This document shows, piece after piece, positions 10,158 through 19,154 of a stretch of DNA of 64,000 bases. Each line of letters begins with the position of its first letter. The stretch's first letter is position 1. The stretch spans positions 32,001 through 96,000 of the forward strand of contig JBHGAY010000013.1 in NCBI GenBank assembly GCA_041946735.1. Direction: 5' to 3'. The notes beneath the pieces are model-generated. The model did not search any database and was not told the origin of the DNA. It was given only the letters and a program-made list of their open reading frames with translations. The position numbers and the translations under genes are program-made. The DNA is from Candidatus Eiseniibacteriota bacterium. Its GTDB lineage: Bacteria > Eisenbacteria > RBG-16-71-46 > CAIMUX01 > VGJL01.

Positions 10158-10160
10158 GAC

Positions 10161-10496
10161 TCATGCGGGACCGGAGCGCTCCCCCCGTGTCGCTTGCCTG
10201 CCCGACCGCGCGCCCGAGGGGCGGCCCGACGCGTGATCTCGCTGCTCCTTCTTCCGCCAGTAGGCGAACTCCTCCTGGAAGCAGGAGGCGTCGAGGTCCT
10301 GCACCTTCGCGCTCAGGAACGCCTGGGCATCGGCGATCGCCTGGTTGTACACGCACGGACCGATCTCCTCGAGACAGAACTCGAGGAAGAAGGACGCCTT
10401 CAGATCGCCGACATCCTGCTCCATCACCTCCGCGCAGTAGCGCTTGATCGACGCGAGAAGCCTCCGCTCGACATCCTTGCCGAGTTCGATCGGCAC
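10161..10496 (-). CDS. DUF2164 family protein
   Basis: SIKRY...GDLKASFFLEF..EEIGPCVYNQAIADAQ pattern; SD before GTG. Confidence 0.8.
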   Translation of the reverse strand: MPIELGKDVERRLLASIKRYCAEVMEQDVGDLKASFFLEFCLEEIGPCVYNQAIADAQAFLSAKVQDLDASCFQEEFAYWRKKEQRDHASGRPSGARSGRQATRGERSGPA

Positions 10497-10516
10497 GTTC
10501 CCTCCGTCCGCCTGAA

Positions 10517-12730
10517 TCAGCGGGCCAGGATCACATGGCCGCGGCAGGTCCCCAGGTCCTCTCCCTGAAGCCGCACGAAGTAGACGCCCGGCGGGAGATC
10601 CCGGCCGTTCCCATCCCTCCCGTCCCAGGCGATCTCATGAGAGCCGGCAGGCAGGATGGCGTCCCGGAGCAGACGCACGCGGCGGCCGTTCGCGTCGTAC
10701 AGCGCGAGCACGATCCGGTCGCTCGCCGGCATCAGGAAGCGCACGCGAGCGGCCGTTCCACCGATCGTCATCGGGTTCGGCCGTACGGAATCGAGGAGCA
10801 GGCGTGGAGCCGCAAGGCCGCTCGCGCTCTCCTCGGCGCCGGAAGGATTGCCGTTGGCCGTCGTCACGACCATCGAGTCGACCGCGGTGTTGCCGCGCGC
10901 ATCGATCGCCGTCACCCGGATGACCCACTGGCGGTCGGGCAGCGTGGTGGTGTCCCACGACTCGTTGCCGTCGGACTGCTCGTAGATGCCATCCCCATCA
11001 GAGTTCGTCAGCACGTGGAAGAACTCCCGGTAGTCGTAGTCGCCTTGCGTGTTGCAGACCGAGTCATCCTTGTAGATCAGGCCGATCAGCATCGCGTCGA
11101 GCTGTCCGCTTCCGTAGGTGTCGCACGTCATGTCGAACCGCTGCGCCAGCTTGTTGTCGACGACCGGGTACTCCGGCATTCCGAGCGGGTAGATCGTGTA
11201 CCACAGCTCCTGGACGGAACAGACGTAGTGCGTCTCGATCCGGTCGCCGACGTGCGCGATGATGTCGACGGCCCCGTGCAGCGACGTCGGGCTCTGATAC
11301 GACGAGGTCTGGTTCGCGCAGAACGCGAGCAGATCGTTGCCGCGCGCCGGCTCGAAGACCGGCGGCTCCGTCTCGCTCTGTTGCGTGATATCCATGTGCG
11401 GATTGTGGACGGAGAGCCAGTTGCCGTCCCAGGTCGCCCCGCTGTCCTCGATGCGGGTGAAATGGCAGTGCGTGAACTCGTAGATCGGCCACTCGACCAG
11501 ATTCCCCAGATACTGCCCCAGCTCCACCTGCTGGCCTACCGTGACCGCGATCGAGTTGCGCTCGATGTGAGCATAGAGATATCCCGGGACGGTCGACGTG
11601 AGGGCGGTGTCTGCGATCGCGATCCGCCAGTACCAGTCGCCGCCCGTCGTGAGGACTGCCTTCACGACGCCGCGCCGCACCGCGTAGACCGCCTGACCGG
11701 GAGAGCCGAAGACGTCGATGCCCGGATGCGGGTACGGAGCGCCGCCATAGTTCTGGTACTCGCCGTAGGTGTTGCCGACCGCGTGCTGCGCATCGGGCGC
11801 CAGCGGCCAGGGGATGCCCCGATCGTCGCGCGCGAAGTCGGCGCGGGGGATCTGCCGCGGCGCGCCGGGCGTCCGATCGAGGATCGCGCCGCTTCCATCC
11901 AGCAGGACTGTCGAAGGCTGCAGGAGCCCGCCGGCCTCGATGCGAGCGAGTTCGACTCGCACGCGGAGCGGGAGGGCGGCTTCGAGGGCCGCGTCGCGAA
12001 CGCGCTCGCCGTCCGCCGGCACGTAGAATCGCGCCACCGCGCCGGAGGAGGGATCGACGCGCCAGAGAGCGTCCGGCGTGACCAGAAGCACCGCGGCGTC
12101 GCCCGACTCGATCAGCGAGAGGGCCTGCGCGGCGACTCCCGGCGGAAGCGGGATCGCCCGCGGCTCTGCGGCTCCGGCAGGAAAGAACTTCACGACGTCC
12201 TCTTCGAGAGCGAGCCCTGCGAGAGCGCCGCCGGTCATCGGGACGAACCGATCGAGCGCGGGAAGGTCACGCGCGGCGCCGTCGCGCAGGTCGAGAAGCC
12301 GCGTCGTCCCCGGAGAGCGGAACGCGAGGTAGGCGCCATCTCGCGAGAGGACCGGGCTCGACGGCGCCTCGAGCGGGAGGTCGAGACGCACCTGCCCGTC
12401 GAGGGCGTACATCCGGAGCCGGGCGGGAGCCGCGTTCGCCTCGTAACGCGTCCATGCGAGGACGCCGACCACATCGGACACGAAGAAGGTGCTGGCCTCG
12501 ACGCGCGAAAGGCGCGCCGTCGGGCCCTCCGCGTCCGCCGTCCGGATCTCGAGGTCCCAAAGCAGGGACGAATCGCCGGTCGCGACCGGCGTGGCGGAGA
12601 CCGTGACGGCGCCCGATGAGGACGCGAAGGTCGTGGTCTTGGTGGTCGCAGCCGGGACGGGAGACGCCAAAGCGAGAAGGAAGCCTATCAGCAGGACGCA
12701 AGCGGGGGCGACCGGGACGTTGCGGTGCAT
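10517..12730 (-). CDS. secreted M23-family metallopeptidase with N-terminal propeller-like region and C-terminal FlgD-Ig/CTD-like domain
   Basis: Signal peptide; HPGIDVF (HxxxD), YLYAH, HCHF (HxH); C-terminus RPNP...LYDANGRRVR...WDGRDGNGRDLPPGVYF; GGAGG SD before ATG 12730. Confidence 0.82.
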   Translation of the reverse strand: MHRNVPVAPACVLLIGFLLALASPVPAATTKTTTFASSSGAVTVSATPVATGDSSLLWDLEIRTADAEGPTARLSRVEASTFFVSDVVGVLAWTRYEANAAPARLRMYALDGQVRLDLPLEAPSSPVLSRDGAYLAFRSPGTTRLLDLRDGAARDLPALDRFVPMTGGALAGLALEEDVVKFFPAGAAEPRAIPLPPGVAAQALSLIESGDAAVLLVTPDALWRVDPSSGAVARFYVPADGERVRDAALEAALPLRVRVELARIEAGGLLQPSTVLLDGSGAILDRTPGAPRQIPRADFARDDRGIPWPLAPDAQHAVGNTYGEYQNYGGAPYPHPGIDVFGSPGQAVYAVRRGVVKAVLTTGGDWYWRIAIADTALTSTVPGYLYAHIERNSIAVTVGQQVELGQYLGNLVEWPIYEFTHCHFTRIEDSGATWDGNWLSVHNPHMDITQQSETEPPVFEPARGNDLLAFCANQTSSYQSPTSLHGAVDIIAHVGDRIETHYVCSVQELWYTIYPLGMPEYPVVDNKLAQRFDMTCDTYGSGQLDAMLIGLIYKDDSVCNTQGDYDYREFFHVLTNSDGDGIYEQSDGNESWDTTTLPDRQWVIRVTAIDARGNTAVDSMVVTTANGNPSGAEESASGLAAPRLLLDSVRPNPMTIGGTAARVRFLMPASDRIVLALYDANGRRVRLLRDAILPAGSHEIAWDGRDGNGRDLPPGVYFVRLQGEDLGTCRGHVILAR

Positions 12731-12829
12731 GAAGCGGTCCTCCGAGCGAAAGTGAGGCCGGACGCTCGACCCGGATCGCCGGCCAGGAAGCGCCTCGCCG
12801 CGCGAGCCCGATCGACTCCGGCCTCGAGG

Positions 12830-12859
12830 AGTATAGCGGAGCGCAGGGCCGCCGGTCAG
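12830..12859 (-). promoter_or_regulatory. putative sigma70 promoter for the M23 gene
   Basis: On the minus strand CTGACC, 18 bp spacer, TATACT. Confidence 0.5.
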
Positions 12860-13057
12860 CAGACCGGCGGGAGGGTAGCCTGGCCTGGCCGGCCCGCCCC
12901 GGTCCGTTGCTGCGCGGGCCGGTTCTCCGATCCACGACTTTTCCCGGAACCAGGCGATCGTCCCGCGCGTATTCGTCGGTTTCCGCGTCGCGCGGAGCGT
13001 TGGCGACCGCGACGCCGGCTCCGACACCAAGAGAATCCCGAGAGGAGACTCCGTGCG

Positions 13058-13324
13058 ATGCGGCCAGTGTTTCGCCCGCCTCCGCTTCGCGTCGCTCCGG
13101 CCGCCCTCCTGCTCCTGTCCCTGCTCCCGCTCCTGCTCGTCGCCGTCGCGAGCGGCTGTGCTCACGTCGGCGCGCGGCCTTGGCAACGCGATCAACTCGC
13201 GCGGCGGGAGATGCAGGTCGACCCGGACCCGGTCGAGACGTCCGTCGACGATCACATCTACTTCAGCAAGGAGGCTTCGAGCGGCGGCCGCACGTTCGCG
13301 GGCGGCGGCTGCGGCTGCAACTGA
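13058..13324 (+). CDS. DUF4266 domain lipoprotein
   Basis: Lipobox-like VASGC, then PWQRDQLA...M...DDHIYFSKEASSGG....GGGCGCN, the family's characteristic C-terminus; AGGAG SD. Confidence 0.85.
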   Translation: MRPVFRPPPLRVAPAALLLLSLLPLLLVAVASGCAHVGARPWQRDQLARREMQVDPDPVETSVDDHIYFSKEASSGGRTFAGGGCGCN

Positions 13325-13381
13325 TCCCGGCGGGCCGCGCCCTCGCACGACCCGGCGGGACGGAACCCGGAGGAGAGCCCG

Positions 13382-14698
13382 ATGAGTCCCACCCATTTGC
13401 CGATCCGAAGCGCGCTAGCCGCCGCCGCCTGCGCCCTGCTCGGCTCCGCCGCCGCCAGCGGCTCGGCGGCGGAAGCTTCCTCCGGACAACCGACCCAGGT
13501 GCAGTCCGGCATCCTCGTCTACTCCGAGTCGAAGCGTGTAACGACCGTCGAGACGGTCGTGAACCTCTCGAAGGAGCTCCGCGCGGGACGCATCCTGACC
13601 GGCCAGGTCGTCTTCGACGCTTTGACCGGGGCTTCCCCCAACGGCGCGACCCCCGCGGGCCGCGTGCAAACGTTCACGCGACCATCGGGACAGGGAAGCT
13701 ATCAGGTCGCGGCCGGGCAGACGCCACTCGACCACACATTCCAGGACACACGCTTCGCCGGCTCGATCCATTACGACGTTCCACTGAGCGCCATGAGCCG
13801 CGTCGTCTACGGAGCGGGCCTCTCGCTCGAGCGCGACTACAGCTCCGTCGGCGGCGACATCCTCCTCTCGCGAGATCTGTTTCTGCGCAACACGACCGTC
13901 TCGCTCGGTCTCTCCGGCTCTCTCGATCGGGTCTCCCCGCTCGGCGGCCCACCGAGCGCGCTCTCGGTCATGAGCGCGCCGACCAGCCGCCACGGCGACG
14001 ATGAGGAGGAAGGAGAAGGCGGCGAGGGAGGCGGCGGCAAGGGGAAGCAGGTGGCCGGCCTGCGCCTCGGTCTCACGCAGGTGCTGACCCCGTCCGCGCT
14101 CATGCAGGTCAACTATTCCGCCGGCCGCACGAGCGGCTACCTGAACGACCCGTACAAGATCGTGAGCCTCGTCGACGGCGGTCCGGGGCCGAACCAAGGC
14201 GAGCCGGTCCGCTACCTGTACGAGAAGCGCCCGCCCAGCCGGCTGCAGCAGAGCCTCTACTGGCTCGGTAAGGGGACGACAGGCTCCGACGTCGTGACGC
14301 TCTCGTATCGCTACCTCTGGGACGACTGGGGGATCCGCTCGCACACGCTCGAGGCGCGGTATCGCTGGCAGGCGCGTGAGCAGCTCTCGCTCGAGCCGAT
14401 CTTCCGCTTCTACCGTCAGACAGCCGCTTCGTTCTACCGTCACAGCCTGGTCGACGGTGAGCCGCTCCCGGGCAACGTTTCGGCCGACTACCGGCTCGGC
14501 GCGATGGATGCGTGGACCACGGGAGTCAAGATCGGCCACCCGATCGCTCCCGGGCGCGAGCTGACGCTCCGCCTGGAGTACTACCTGCAGAAGGGGAACG
14601 GAAAGCCCGACGACGCAATCGGCTCCCAGCGCAACTACGACCTGTTCCCCGATCTGCGAGCGACGATCGTGCAGCTCGGCTACTCGATGGGATTCTGA
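13382..14698 (+). CDS. DUF3570 domain outer-membrane beta-barrel with ApbE-type flavinylation motif
   Basis: Signal peptide; DALTGAS motif; GYLNDPYK and YRYLWDDWGIRSHTLE; terminal F; lies directly after DUF4266. Confidence 0.82.
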   Translation: MSPTHLPIRSALAAAACALLGSAAASGSAAEASSGQPTQVQSGILVYSESKRVTTVETVVNLSKELRAGRILTGQVVFDALTGASPNGATPAGRVQTFTRPSGQGSYQVAAGQTPLDHTFQDTRFAGSIHYDVPLSAMSRVVYGAGLSLERDYSSVGGDILLSRDLFLRNTTVSLGLSGSLDRVSPLGGPPSALSVMSAPTSRHGDDEEEGEGGEGGGGKGKQVAGLRLGLTQVLTPSALMQVNYSAGRTSGYLNDPYKIVSLVDGGPGPNQGEPVRYLYEKRPPSRLQQSLYWLGKGTTGSDVVTLSYRYLWDDWGIRSHTLEARYRWQAREQLSLEPIFRFYRQTAASFYRHSLVDGEPLPGNVSADYRLGAMDAWTTGVKIGHPIAPGRELTLRLEYYLQKGNGKPDDAIGSQRNYDLFPDLRATIVQLGYSMGF

Positions 14699-15007
14699 GC
14701 GGCCCGGTTCCGGCCACTCCTGAGCGCCAATCGTCGAATGCGGCGTATCAGGCGGCGAGGGCCGGCGACCCCTAGCGTTCGAAGCGATCCCACGAACGGC
14801 GAGGGGAGTCCAGGGCAGCGCAGGTCGAAAGACGGTTCGGCGATCATCGGTACGTTCGCTCCGCCAACCGTTCTCATTTCTCATCCGGGCCGGCGCTTTT
14901 CGATCGCCCATCCTCCCGACTCCACGTAGGATCGCGCGTCCGTTCGAATCGTGTTTCGATTCCTTCGAATCCAATCCAGGTGGAAGAGAAAGAGAAGAGG
15001 AAACGGT

Positions 15008-16480
15008 ATGCATACAGATCTTGTTGCTCAATCCGGTGTCGCCACGCAGCGGCGCCGCTCGATCCTTTCCGTGTTGCCCGTCCTCGCGACGATCGTGGCG
15101 ACAGGGTCCCTTCTGCTCGCGACGTCTTCCCAGGCGGCGCGTTTCGTCTACGGGGCGGTCCTGACGGAGGCGCAGGAAGTGCCCCCGACCGGCTCCGCCG
15201 CGTTCGGCTCGGCGCAGTTCGTCATCGACACGGATGCGAACACCGTCACCTACCGGCTCGCCTACGGCGGCCTCTCCGCGGCCGAAACCGCTTCCCACAT
15301 CCACGGCCCCGCGGATCCCGGCACCAACGCCGGCGTCAAGACGGCGCTTCCGGCAGGCAACGTGAAGACCGGCGTGTGGAACTACGCCGAGGCGGACGAG
15401 GGGGACATCCTTGCGGGAAAGATGTACTGCAACGTGCATAGCGGCAACTTCCCCGGCGGCGAGATCCGCGGCCAGATCGTGCCGCTGAACGCGCAGATCG
15501 ACGGAGCCCAGGAGAATCCCCCGGTGCCGACGACGGCGAGCGGTTTCGCAGTCTTCTCGATCGACCGGGCGACGAACACCCTCAGCTACTACATCTCCTA
15601 CGCGGGTCTCTCGAGCGCCGAGACCGCAGCGCACATTCACGGCACAGCGCTGCCCGGCACCAACGCAGGCGTTCTCGTGGCGCTGCCGGCCGGCAATCCG
15701 AAGGTCGGCACGTTCAACTATCCGGAGAACATGGAAGTGCCGCTGCTCGAGGGACAGACCTACGTCAACATCCACACGTCGAACTTCCCCGGCGGCGAGA
15801 TCCGCGGGCAGATCGTTCCGATCGTGATTCCGATCGACAACCAGCAGGAAGTCCCGCCCACCGGCTCGGTGGCCACCGGAGTCGGCCTGATCTGCTATGA
15901 CTCCTCGACGGACAATCTCGGCTTCGACTTCAGGGTCGCGGGACTCTCGGCCAACGAGACGGCGGCGCACATCCACGGCTTCGCCGCCCCCGGACAGAAC
16001 GCCGGCGTTCTCGTCGCGCTGCCCGCCGGAAACCGAAAGATCGGCGTCTGGAACTACGGAGCGGCGAACGAGGCCGATGTCTTCGCCGGGCTGACCTACT
16101 TCAACATCCACACGTCGAACTTCCCGGGCGGCGAGATCCGCGGCCAGATCCAGGGCTTCCCGCAGGTCCTGCCGTCGGCGGTCGATGGCTCGGAGCTGCC
16201 GCTCTCGATCCATCTCGCGCCGAACGCTCCGAACCCGTTCGTCCAGCAGACGACGATCGCCTACTCGCTCGATCATGCGATGCCGGTCCAACTCGCGATC
16301 TACGACACGCAGGGACGGAAGGTTCGCACACTCCTCAACGGGACGGCCGAAGCCGGAAACCACGCCGTCGCGTGGGACGGCCGCGATGAGCAGGGGCGTC
16401 CTGCGGCGAGCGGCATCTACCGCTACGTTCTGCAGACCGACGAAGGGAAGCTGCAGCGTCCTCTCACGCTGATCCGCTAG
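15008..16480 (+). CDS. triple CHRD-domain secreted protein with C-terminal FlgD-Ig/CTD-like domain
   Basis: Three repeats of QE(V/N)PP...HIHG...N(V/I)H..NFPGGEIRGQI; C-terminus PNPF...IYDTQGRKVR...WDGRDEQGRPAASGIY. Confidence 0.88.
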   Translation: MHTDLVAQSGVATQRRRSILSVLPVLATIVATGSLLLATSSQAARFVYGAVLTEAQEVPPTGSAAFGSAQFVIDTDANTVTYRLAYGGLSAAETASHIHGPADPGTNAGVKTALPAGNVKTGVWNYAEADEGDILAGKMYCNVHSGNFPGGEIRGQIVPLNAQIDGAQENPPVPTTASGFAVFSIDRATNTLSYYISYAGLSSAETAAHIHGTALPGTNAGVLVALPAGNPKVGTFNYPENMEVPLLEGQTYVNIHTSNFPGGEIRGQIVPIVIPIDNQQEVPPTGSVATGVGLICYDSSTDNLGFDFRVAGLSANETAAHIHGFAAPGQNAGVLVALPAGNRKIGVWNYGAANEADVFAGLTYFNIHTSNFPGGEIRGQIQGFPQVLPSAVDGSELPLSIHLAPNAPNPFVQQTTIAYSLDHAMPVQLAIYDTQGRKVRTLLNGTAEAGNHAVAWDGRDEQGRPAASGIYRYVLQTDEGKLQRPLTLIR

Positions 16481-16520
16481 CTCTCACGTCGGTCCGCTTG
16501 CGCTCACGTTGATCCGTTAG
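16461..16520. repeat. 20-bp tandem repeat x3 duplicating the 3' end of the CHRD gene
   Basis: ctctcacgctgatccgctag / ctctcacgtcggtccgcttg / cgctcacgttgatccgttag. Confidence 0.8.
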
Positions 16521-16549
16521 CGCGGTCGCCGCTCCAGCGCAACGATGCC

Positions 16550-16581
16550 GCGGCCGGGTCCGGGATGCCGGGCCCGGCCGC
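16550..16581. terminator. GC-rich hairpin between the convergent CHRD and pabB genes
   Basis: gcggccgggtccgg-gatg-ccgggcccggccgc, a 14-bp stem with one G-U pair; no clear U-tract. Confidence 0.45.
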
Positions 16582-16603
16582 TTGCTTGCGCCTCGCGCCG
16601 CGC

Positions 16604-18376
16604 TCAACGGAGCGCGACGAGCGTCGCCGGCCAGATCCCGCGGACGGAGTTCAGCAAGAGGATCCGCGCGCCGTCGCGCAGATCGTCGATGCGGATCGGC
16701 GCCTCGGCCAGCTTGCCCTCTTCGAGGAGGGCGGCGCGGAGAGTCCCGGGGAGAAGCCCGGACCGGACGGGCGGAGTGAGCAGTCGGCCCCCTCGCTCGA
16801 TCGCGAGGTTCGCGATCGTCGTCTCGGTCACCTCGCCGTCGGGATTCCAGAGAAGCGCGTCGTCGCAGCCGGCCGCCCGCGCCTCCTCGAGCGCTCGATC
16901 GTAGACGGAGCGGGCCGTCGTCTTGTGGTAGAGGAGCGGATCGGCCGGATCGATCGGAGAGGAGGCGAGCCGCAGGCGGTATGGCTCCGGGAACGGCGCC
17001 CGCAGAGGCTCTGCCTCCACGCGCGCAGCGCCGTCCGCCTCGACGATCAGGCGGACGCGCAGCGGGGCGTGCGAGAAGCGGCGCTCCGCCTCCTCCAGTT
17101 TTCGAACGATACGGTCACGATCGAGCGCGCGGCCGAAGTAGACGCTCGAGGCAGCCAGACGCGCGAGGTGTGGCTCGAGGAGGACGAATCGCTCCTCCGG
17201 CGTCCAGCGGATCGTCTCGAGAAGGGCGAAGGCGGGCAGCCGATGCTCGAGCACCTTCGCCTTGGTGCGGCACTCCTCGTACTCCCCCTCCTCGGTCGAG
17301 TCCCAGACAATCCCTCCCCCGACGCCGTATTCCGCCTCCCCCGTCTCGCGATCGACGACGACCGTCCGGATCGCGACGGACCATTGCGACCGGCCGCCGG
17401 GCGCCAGGAAGCCGATCGTTCCCGTGTAGATCCGGCGCGGCGTGGTCTCGAGCGACGCGAGAATCTCCATCGTCCGGACCTTCGGAGCGCCGGTGATCGA
17501 CGCGGGCGGGAAGAGGGCCCGCATCTGCTCGACCAGACCGGCGCGTGTCCGGCAGGCGACGGTGCTCGTCATCTGCCAGACGGTCGGATATCGCTCGACG
17601 TCGAAGAGCCGCTCGACCTGCACGGTCCCGGGCTCCGCGATCCGGCCGAGATCGTGGCGCACCATGTCGACGATCATCACGTTCTCCGCGCGGTCCTTCT
17701 CCGACGCGCGCAGTGCAGCCGCGGCACGCTCGTCCGCCTCGCTCCAGAGGCCGCGGTGCGCGGTCCCCTTCATCGGTTTGGAGACGATGCGGCCCTCGTC
17801 ATGCGAGTAGAACAGCTCCGGGGATGCGGAGAGGATCGTCCAGCGGCCGGCTTGCAGATAGGCGCCGTAGCCCGGGCCCTGGGCGGCGATCATCCGCAGG
17901 AACCGCTGCCAGCGATCGCCGGAGCCGAGGCTCGCTCGGAGGCGGAAGGTGAAGTTCGCCTGGTAGGTGTCGCCCGATGCGATCCTGTCGAGCACGGCGC
18001 GGATGGCGGCGCGGTAGGCGTCGCGGTCGATCGAAGGGGCCCAGGCGACGGAGGCGAGTCCGTCACGGCCGCCGGTCTCGCGGCCCACCGCCCGATCCGG
18101 AGCCGGCAGAGCGGCCGGCTGGGGTTCGGCTGCGAAGATCCCGAACCACGCGAGGGGGAAGCCGCCGGGGTCGGGGTCGTGCACGGCGAAAGCGGAGTCG
18201 AATGCCGGCGAGGCCTCGTACGCGAGGAGGCCTGCCGCCCACGCACGTTCGTGCGCTACGCGACGCTCCACCTCCTCGAGGAGCGGCACCACTTCTCCGA
18301 TCGAGCGGGCGCACAGCACATCTTGCGGCCGCGGAAACCGCAGCCATCGGCCCCGCGTGGCGTCGTAGAGGATCAT
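16604..18376 (-). CDS. pabB: aminodeoxychorismate synthase component I fused to an aminotransferase class IV (ADC lyase) domain
   Basis: GDTYQANFT, SASPELF, KPMKGT, KDRAENVMIVDMVRHDLG, SITGAPK, GVGGGIVWDS; C-terminal YHKTT...ETTIAN...GLLPGT. Alternative GTG start at 18466. Confidence 0.9.
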   Translation of the reverse strand: MILYDATRGRWLRFPRPQDVLCARSIGEVVPLLEEVERRVAHERAWAAGLLAYEASPAFDSAFAVHDPDPGGFPLAWFGIFAAEPQPAALPAPDRAVGRETGGRDGLASVAWAPSIDRDAYRAAIRAVLDRIASGDTYQANFTFRLRASLGSGDRWQRFLRMIAAQGPGYGAYLQAGRWTILSASPELFYSHDEGRIVSKPMKGTAHRGLWSEADERAAAALRASEKDRAENVMIVDMVRHDLGRIAEPGTVQVERLFDVERYPTVWQMTSTVACRTRAGLVEQMRALFPPASITGAPKVRTMEILASLETTPRRIYTGTIGFLAPGGRSQWSVAIRTVVVDRETGEAEYGVGGGIVWDSTEEGEYEECRTKAKVLEHRLPAFALLETIRWTPEERFVLLEPHLARLAASSVYFGRALDRDRIVRKLEEAERRFSHAPLRVRLIVEADGAARVEAEPLRAPFPEPYRLRLASSPIDPADPLLYHKTTARSVYDRALEEARAAGCDDALLWNPDGEVTETTIANLAIERGGRLLTPPVRSGLLPGTLRAALLEEGKLAEAPIRIDDLRDGARILLLNSVRGIWPATLVALR

Positions 18377-18584
18377 CGGGCCTCCCCCGCTCGGGTCTTC
18401 GCCCTCCGGATCTCCGCTTCCAGCGCTCTCGAATCCGGAACCGGAACGGCTTCGGATCGTACTCACTCGGTCCTGCCCTGGAAACGGCGGAGGTCGGTCG
18501 ATCGGCCAGGAAGGCGGGCCGACCGACCTCGCCGGGTCCGGGATCCCAATCCGAACCCCAGCGCGCGAACCTCCGGGAGGAACG

Positions 18585-19154
18585 ATGAAGCGCCGCTCCC
18601 TCGCGATCCGAATGGTTCGATCCAGCATCCCGTATTCTCTGCCCATCCTGTCCCTCCTGGCACTGATTCCTCCGGTCCTCGCTGCCGAAGGCGGAGACGA
18701 AGGCCGGGCCACCGGGGCCGCCTCTCTCTCGACCAGCGCCACGATCTCCGGAGACTCGCTCGACCTCTCCGCCTACCGCGGGAAGGTCGTCTATCTCGAC
18801 TTCTGGGCATCGTGGTGCGGCCCGTGCCGCGCGGCATTCCCTTGGATGGACGAGATGCAGCGGCGCTATGGGTCGAAGGGATTCACGGTGCTGGCGGTCA
18901 GCGTCGATCGCAAGCGTGAAGCGGCCGAGAAGTTCCTGAAGGAGCGTTCCCCCTCCTTTCCGATCCTCTTCGATCCGGAGGGAAAGGTGGCGTCCCGATA
19001 CGACCTCAAAGGGATGCCCACATCCTTCCTCTATGACCGCCAAGGACGCCTGCACGAATCGCACCTGGGATTCGACCCCGCAAAGTCGGGCGAGGTCGAG
19101 GCGGCGATTGCGAAGCTGCTCGCCGAAGAGGCGCCGAAGGATGCGAACCCCTGA
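18585..19154 (+). CDS. TlpA-family thiol-disulfide reductase (exported thioredoxin)
   Basis: YLDFWASWCGPC and GMPTSFL; signal-like N-terminus; GGAGG SD. Confidence 0.92.
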   Translation: MKRRSLAIRMVRSSIPYSLPILSLLALIPPVLAAEGGDEGRATGAASLSTSATISGDSLDLSAYRGKVVYLDFWASWCGPCRAAFPWMDEMQRRYGSKGFTVLAVSVDRKREAAEKFLKERSPSFPILFDPEGKVASRYDLKGMPTSFLYDRQGRLHESHLGFDPAKSGEVEAAIAKLLAEEAPKDANP

